64,000 nt of DNA from positions 672,001 through 736,000 of the forward strand of contig CAVUMN010000003.1 of assembly GCA_963742735.1 (NCBI GenBank), written 5' to 3'. How positions within the stretch are numbered: the first letter of the stretch is position 1; every line of letters starts with the position of its first letter. A program made the translations under genes and the position numbers. Shown here one piece after another: positions 60,165 through 64,000 of this stretch. Source of the DNA: an uncultured Actinomycetes bacterium. GTDB taxonomy: Bacteria; Actinomycetota; UBA4738; JBBDTT01. The notes beneath the pieces were generated by a model that saw only the letters and a list, made by a program, of their open reading frames with translations, made no database searches and was not told the DNA's origin.

Positions 60165-60895
60165 GTCGCCGCGCGCCGCTCTTCGCCGCCATCGGCATGG
60201 TCCTGCTGGTGATCGTGGTCGTCTTCGTGGCCATCCTTCCCAAGATGAAGCAGGTCACCCAGCGCCAGGACGAGCTCGAGGCCGCCCAGCAGCAGGAGCA
60301 GTTCCTGCTGGCCGAGCTGCAGCGACTCCAGGACGTCCGGGGCCAGCTGCCGGAGGTTCGCCGCCGCCTGGCGAAGTTCAACCAGAAGGTCCCCGGCACG
60401 GCCGACCTCCCGGGGCTGATCCGGCTGCTCCAGAACGCGGCCGACGCGTCGAACCTCTCGTTCTTCTCGATCAAGCCGGGCGACCCGACCCCGGTGGGCG
60501 CCGCCGCGCCCGTGCTGCCGACCGTCGCTCCGTCGCCCGATGCGACCCCGACCGTCCCGCCGGTGGTCACGGCGCCGACGGGCGAGGCCTCGGTGATCTC
60601 CTCGGAGGTCGTGATCGTGGGCTTCTTCTTCGACATCGACCAGTTCCTGTTCCGGCTGGAGAACCTGCCCCGCGCGGCCAAGGTGATCACCGTCTCGATC
60701 ACCCCCGGACCCAACCAGAACGAGCTCCCCGGGGAGCTCCAGACGACCCTTCTGCTCCAGGTCTACACGACGGACGCGAACGCCGGGCCGGGGTCCTCGG
60801 TCGAGCTCCCGCCGGACGAGCCCGTGGCGAGCCCCAGTCCCGGCGCCACGACCTCGCCGGTCACCAGCCCGTCCCCGACCACCACCGGAGGCTGA
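60161..60895 (+). CDS. pilO: PilO
   Basis: TM, coiled coil, VPGTADLPGLI, FLFRLENLPR. Confidence 0.88.
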   Translation: MSRRAPLFAAIGMVLLVIVVVFVAILPKMKQVTQRQDELEAAQQQEQFLLAELQRLQDVRGQLPEVRRRLAKFNQKVPGTADLPGLIRLLQNAADASNLSFFSIKPGDPTPVGAAAPVLPTVAPSPDATPTVPPVVTAPTGEASVISSEVVIVGFFFDIDQFLFRLENLPRAAKVITVSITPGPNQNELPGELQTTLLLQVYTTDANAGPGSSVELPPDEPVASPSPGATTSPVTSPSPTTTGG

Positions 60896-60898
60896 TCG

Positions 60899-61435
60899 AT
60901 GAGCGGCCGAGAGCGACGGCTACTGATGGTGCTGGGCGGTGTCGCGGTGCTCGCGGCGGTCTGGTTCCTGTTCTTGCGGGGCGGCGGCGAGGAGCCGATC
61001 GACCAGCCCACCGCGCTGCCCCCGATCGTCGCGCCCGAGCCCGTTCCGACGGTCAGCGGCCCGCCCAAGCTGCCGCCGCTGGCGATCTTCGGCGGACGCG
61101 ACCCGTTCTTCCCGCTGGTCCTGCCGCCCACCGCCGGAGGGGGGACGGTCGCGCCGACCACGTCCGCCCCCACGTCACCGGGACCGTCGGTCTCCCCGGC
61201 TCCGCCGCCGTCGGGCGGCAACGGGATCGGCGGCCACGACGTTCGGGTGCTCGACATCTTCGTGCGCAACGGGGAGGAGCTCGTCCAGGTCGAGGTGGAC
61301 GGCGACGTGTTCACGGTGGGCGAGGGAGACACGTTCGCCGGGAACTTCAAGGTCGTCTCGATCGACGGGCAGTGCGCCACGTTCCTGTTCGGCGACGAGC
61401 AGTTCACGAGGTGCGAACCCGGCGTCAACAAGTAA
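60899..61435 (+). CDS. PilP-like membrane-anchored protein
   Basis: TM, RDPF motif, Pro-rich linker, C-terminal beta domain (VGEGDTF). Confidence 0.7.
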   Translation: MSGRERRLLMVLGGVAVLAAVWFLFLRGGGEEPIDQPTALPPIVAPEPVPTVSGPPKLPPLAIFGGRDPFFPLVLPPTAGGGTVAPTTSAPTSPGPSVSPAPPPSGGNGIGGHDVRVLDIFVRNGEELVQVEVDGDVFTVGEGDTFAGNFKVVSIDGQCATFLFGDEQFTRCEPGVNK

Positions 61436-61490
61436 GCAAACACCACCCATAGACGTCCGGCGGCCACACCGGGGGGAGCGGCCGCCGGCC

Positions 61491-61526
61491 CAGAGACGCG
61501 GTTCGAGCGATCGAGCCGCGTCTCTG
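61491..61526 (+). terminator. Hairpin terminating the pil locus
   Basis: cagagacgcggttcga-gcga-tcgagccgcgtctctg followed by cattt. Confidence 0.7.
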
Positions 61527-61588
61527 CATTTGAAGCCTCAGCTGGGTTCCACCCTCGGCCTACCAGTCCTGCCTACACTGTTCGAACG

Positions 61589-62755
61589 ATGCTTCGTCTC
61601 CTGACCGCCGGTGAGTCGCACGGCCGCGGCCTCGTGGCCGTGCTCGAGGGCCTGCCCGCCGGCGTGCCGTTCACGCTCAAGGAGGTCAACGCCGAGCTCG
61701 CCCGCCGCCGTCACGGCTACGGCCGCGGCGGCCGGATGAAGCTCGAGCAGGACACCACCACCCTGCTCGGCGGGGTTCGGTTCGGCCGTACCCTGGGAAG
61801 CCCCATCGCCATCGTCATCGACAACACCGAGTGGCCGAAGTATCGCGACCGGATGGACCCCGAGGCCGAGCCTCCCGAGCTCGCCGAGGAGCCCCTGACC
61901 CGGCCCCGGCCCGGCCACGCCGACCTGGTGGGCATGCAGAAGTACGGCTTCGACGACGCCCGCAACGTGCTGGAGCGGGCCAGCGCCCGCGAGACCGCCT
62001 CGCGTGTGGCGGCCGGCGCGGCGTGCAAGGCCTTCCTGGGCGAGCTCGGGATCGAGATCCTGTCCCACGTCGTGGCGATCGGGACCGTCCGCAGCCGCTC
62101 GTCGAGGGTCCCGGTCCCGGCCGACCTCGACGCGATCGACGCGTCGGCGGTTCGGTGCGCCGACCCGCGGGCCGAGCCGAAGATGATCGCGGCGATCGAC
62201 GCCGCGCGGAAGGCCCGCGACACCCTGGGCGGCGTGTTCGAGGTCGTCGTCCACGGCGCGCCCCCCGGCCTGGGCTCGCACGTGCACTACGACCGCAAGC
62301 TCGACGCCCGCCTGGCGCTGGCCCTGATGAGCATCCAGGCCATCAAGGGCGTGGAGGTCGGCGACGGGTTCGCCACGGCGGCCCGGCCGGGCTCCCGCGC
62401 CCACGACGAGATCGTCTCCCGGGCCGGAGCGCTCACCCGGCGGACGGGGCGCTCCGGCGGCACCGAGGGCGGCATGAGCACCGGCGAGCCCATCCGCGTC
62501 CGCGCGGCCATGAAGCCCCTGTCCACGCTGTCGCGGCCCCTTGGCACGGTCGACCTCGCCACCGGCAAGGCGGCCGTCGCCATCAAGCAGCGCACCGACA
62601 CGTGCGCGGTCCCCGCCGCCGGGGTGGTGGGCGAGGCCGCGGTCGCGCTGGTCGTCGCCGACGCCGTCCTGGAGAAGTTCGGGGGCGACTCCGTGGCCGA
62701 GACGCGCCGCAACCTGGAGGCCTATCGGGACTCTCTCGGACCCGACCGGGCGTGA
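61589..62755 (+). CDS. aroC: Chorismate synthase
   Basis: [30 protein letters not shown]. Confidence 0.97.
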   Translation: MLRLLTAGESHGRGLVAVLEGLPAGVPFTLKEVNAELARRRHGYGRGGRMKLEQDTTTLLGGVRFGRTLGSPIAIVIDNTEWPKYRDRMDPEAEPPELAEEPLTRPRPGHADLVGMQKYGFDDARNVLERASARETASRVAAGAACKAFLGELGIEILSHVVAIGTVRSRSSRVPVPADLDAIDASAVRCADPRAEPKMIAAIDAARKARDTLGGVFEVVVHGAPPGLGSHVHYDRKLDARLALALMSIQAIKGVEVGDGFATAARPGSRAHDEIVSRAGALTRRTGRSGGTEGGMSTGEPIRVRAAMKPLSTLSRPLGTVDLATGKAAVAIKQRTDTCAVPAAGVVGEAAVALVVADAVLEKFGGDSVAETRRNLEAYRDSLGPDRA

Positions 62756-63246
62756 AGAACGTGTACCTCGTCGGGATGCCGGGCTCGGGCAAGTCGACCG
62801 TCGGCCGCCTGCTGTCCGAACGGCTGCGGGTTGCGTTCCTGGACCTGGACGCCCGCATCGAGGCCGACGCCGGCCGGACCATCGACGCCATCTACGCTTC
62901 GGACGGCGAGGAAGCGTTCCGCGAGCTGGAGCAGGGCGCGCTGGCCGACGTGATCGCGACCTCGGACACGGTCGTGTCCTGCGGCGGCGGGGTCGTCCTG
63001 CGCCCGGAGAACCGCGAGCGGCTGAAGGCCGCCGGGCGGGTCGTGTGGCTCGACGTCCCGAGCGCGGTCCTGGACGCCCGGGTCAAGCACGAGCCCCGGG
63101 GCCGCCCCATCGTGACGATGACGGAGTCGCTCGGCCCGGTCGCCGAGGAGCGCCGGCCCCTGTATCGGGAGGTGTCCACGATGATCGTGGACGCCGATCG
63201 GGCGCCCGCGGACGTGGCCTCGGACGTGGCGAGGCTGCTCTCGTGA
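62752..63246 (+). CDS. aroK: Shikimate kinase
   Basis: [30 protein letters not shown]. Confidence 0.95.
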   Translation: MKNVYLVGMPGSGKSTVGRLLSERLRVAFLDLDARIEADAGRTIDAIYASDGEEAFRELEQGALADVIATSDTVVSCGGGVVLRPENRERLKAAGRVVWLDVPSAVLDARVKHEPRGRPIVTMTESLGPVAEERRPLYREVSTMIVDADRAPADVASDVARLLS

Positions 63247-64000
63247 GGACGATCGAGGTCGCGGTTCCCGGGGCCCCGTACGAGGTCCGGGTGGGACGCG
63301 GCCTGCTCGGCGATCCCGCGCAGCTCCCGGAGCTGCCCGGCGCCGAGAAGGCGTTCGTGGTCTCCGACGCCAATGTCGCCGGGCTGTACGGGGAGTCGCT
63401 GTCGGCCGCGCTGGCCGGGCTGGGCCTGCCCGCCGTTCCCCTGACCGTCGCCCCCGGTGAGGCCACCAAGAGCCTGGAGACCGCGCAGGTCCTGTACCAG
63501 CAGCTGGCGATGCAGGAGGCCCATCGCGACGACCCCATCGTCGCCCTCGGCGGCGGCGTGGTCGGCGACCTGGCGGGGTTCGTCGCCGCGACCTACATGC
63601 GCGGCGTCCCGTTCCTGCAGGTCCCCACGACCCTGCTCGCCCAGGTCGACGCGTCGATCGGCGGCAAGGTCGGGGTCAACCTGACCCGAGGCAAGAACCT
63701 GGTCGGCGCGTTCCATCAGCCCCGCCGCGTCATCGCCGACGTCGATGCGCTCGCGACGCTCGACGACCGCGAGTTCCGCTCGGGGCTGGCCGAGGTGGCG
63801 AAGTACGGGTTCGCGGTCGACCCCGGCATCCTGGACGTGCTGGAGAGCGCGCTGGGCGAGGTCGTGCAGCGCGATCCCGACCGGCTCGAGGACCTGGTCG
63901 CGCGGTGCGCGGCGGCCAAGGGAGCGATCGTGGGGGAGGACGAGCGCGAGCGCGGCCGGCGGGCGTTCCTGAACTACGGGCACACCCTCGGCCACGCACT
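63243..64000 (+). CDS. aroB: 3-dehydroquinate synthase (runs off the window end)
   Basis: Manual translation from GTG 63243: ALGGGVVGDLAGF, PTTLLAQVDASIGGK, KNLVGAFHQP, LNYGHTLGH. Confidence 0.95.
   Translation, partial: MRTIEVAVPGAPYEVRVGRGLLGDPAQLPELPGAEKAFVVSDANVAGLYGESLSAALAGLGLPAVPLTVAPGEATKSLETAQVLYQQLAMQEAHRDDPIVALGGGVVGDLAGFVAATYMRGVPFLQVPTTLLAQVDASIGGKVGVNLTRGKNLVGAFHQPRRVIADVDALATLDDREFRSGLAEVAKYGFAVDPGILDVLESALGEVVQRDPDRLEDLVARCAAAKGAIVGEDERERGRRAFLNYGHTLGHA

Overview
GC-rich, monoderm, Actinomycetota-like chromosomal segment (pgsA-patA-pimA, pdxST-yebC-ruvCAB-yajC-secDF-apt-rel-dtd-hisS-aspS-rarA-alaS-ruvX-mltG-aroE-aroCKB backbone). It carries two pilus systems. (1) A Tad/Flp locus (105-8294, minus) with a vWA-fused TadB and a 1-nt frameshift in tadA, next to tRNA-Val(CAC). 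(2) A ~19-kb type IVa pilus locus (42602-61435) inserted between aroE and aroC: roadblock-like gene, MshEN-PilB, PilT, PilC, three pilin paralogues, two tandem paralogous minor-pilin triplets (PilV/W/X-like), PilD, a small excisionase-type HTH gene and pilMNOP, with no secretin. The most interesting signals are non-coding. Four sigma28/WhiG-type promoter motifs (T[A/C]AG or TAGA-N15-G[C/T]CGA[T/A]NN) punctuate the T4P locus, one of them specific to the second tip cassette. A 6 x 9-bp AT-rich direct-repeat array lies in the leader of the HTH-pilMNOP operon. A canonical-looking 6S RNA sits between aspS and rarA, and a LexA box overlaps the ruvC start. The pgsA-position gene has lost its catalytic aspartates. 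Several frameshifts (tadA, pdxT, possibly yajC) look like sequencing errors. All calls come from reading motifs by eye; no database searches were run.
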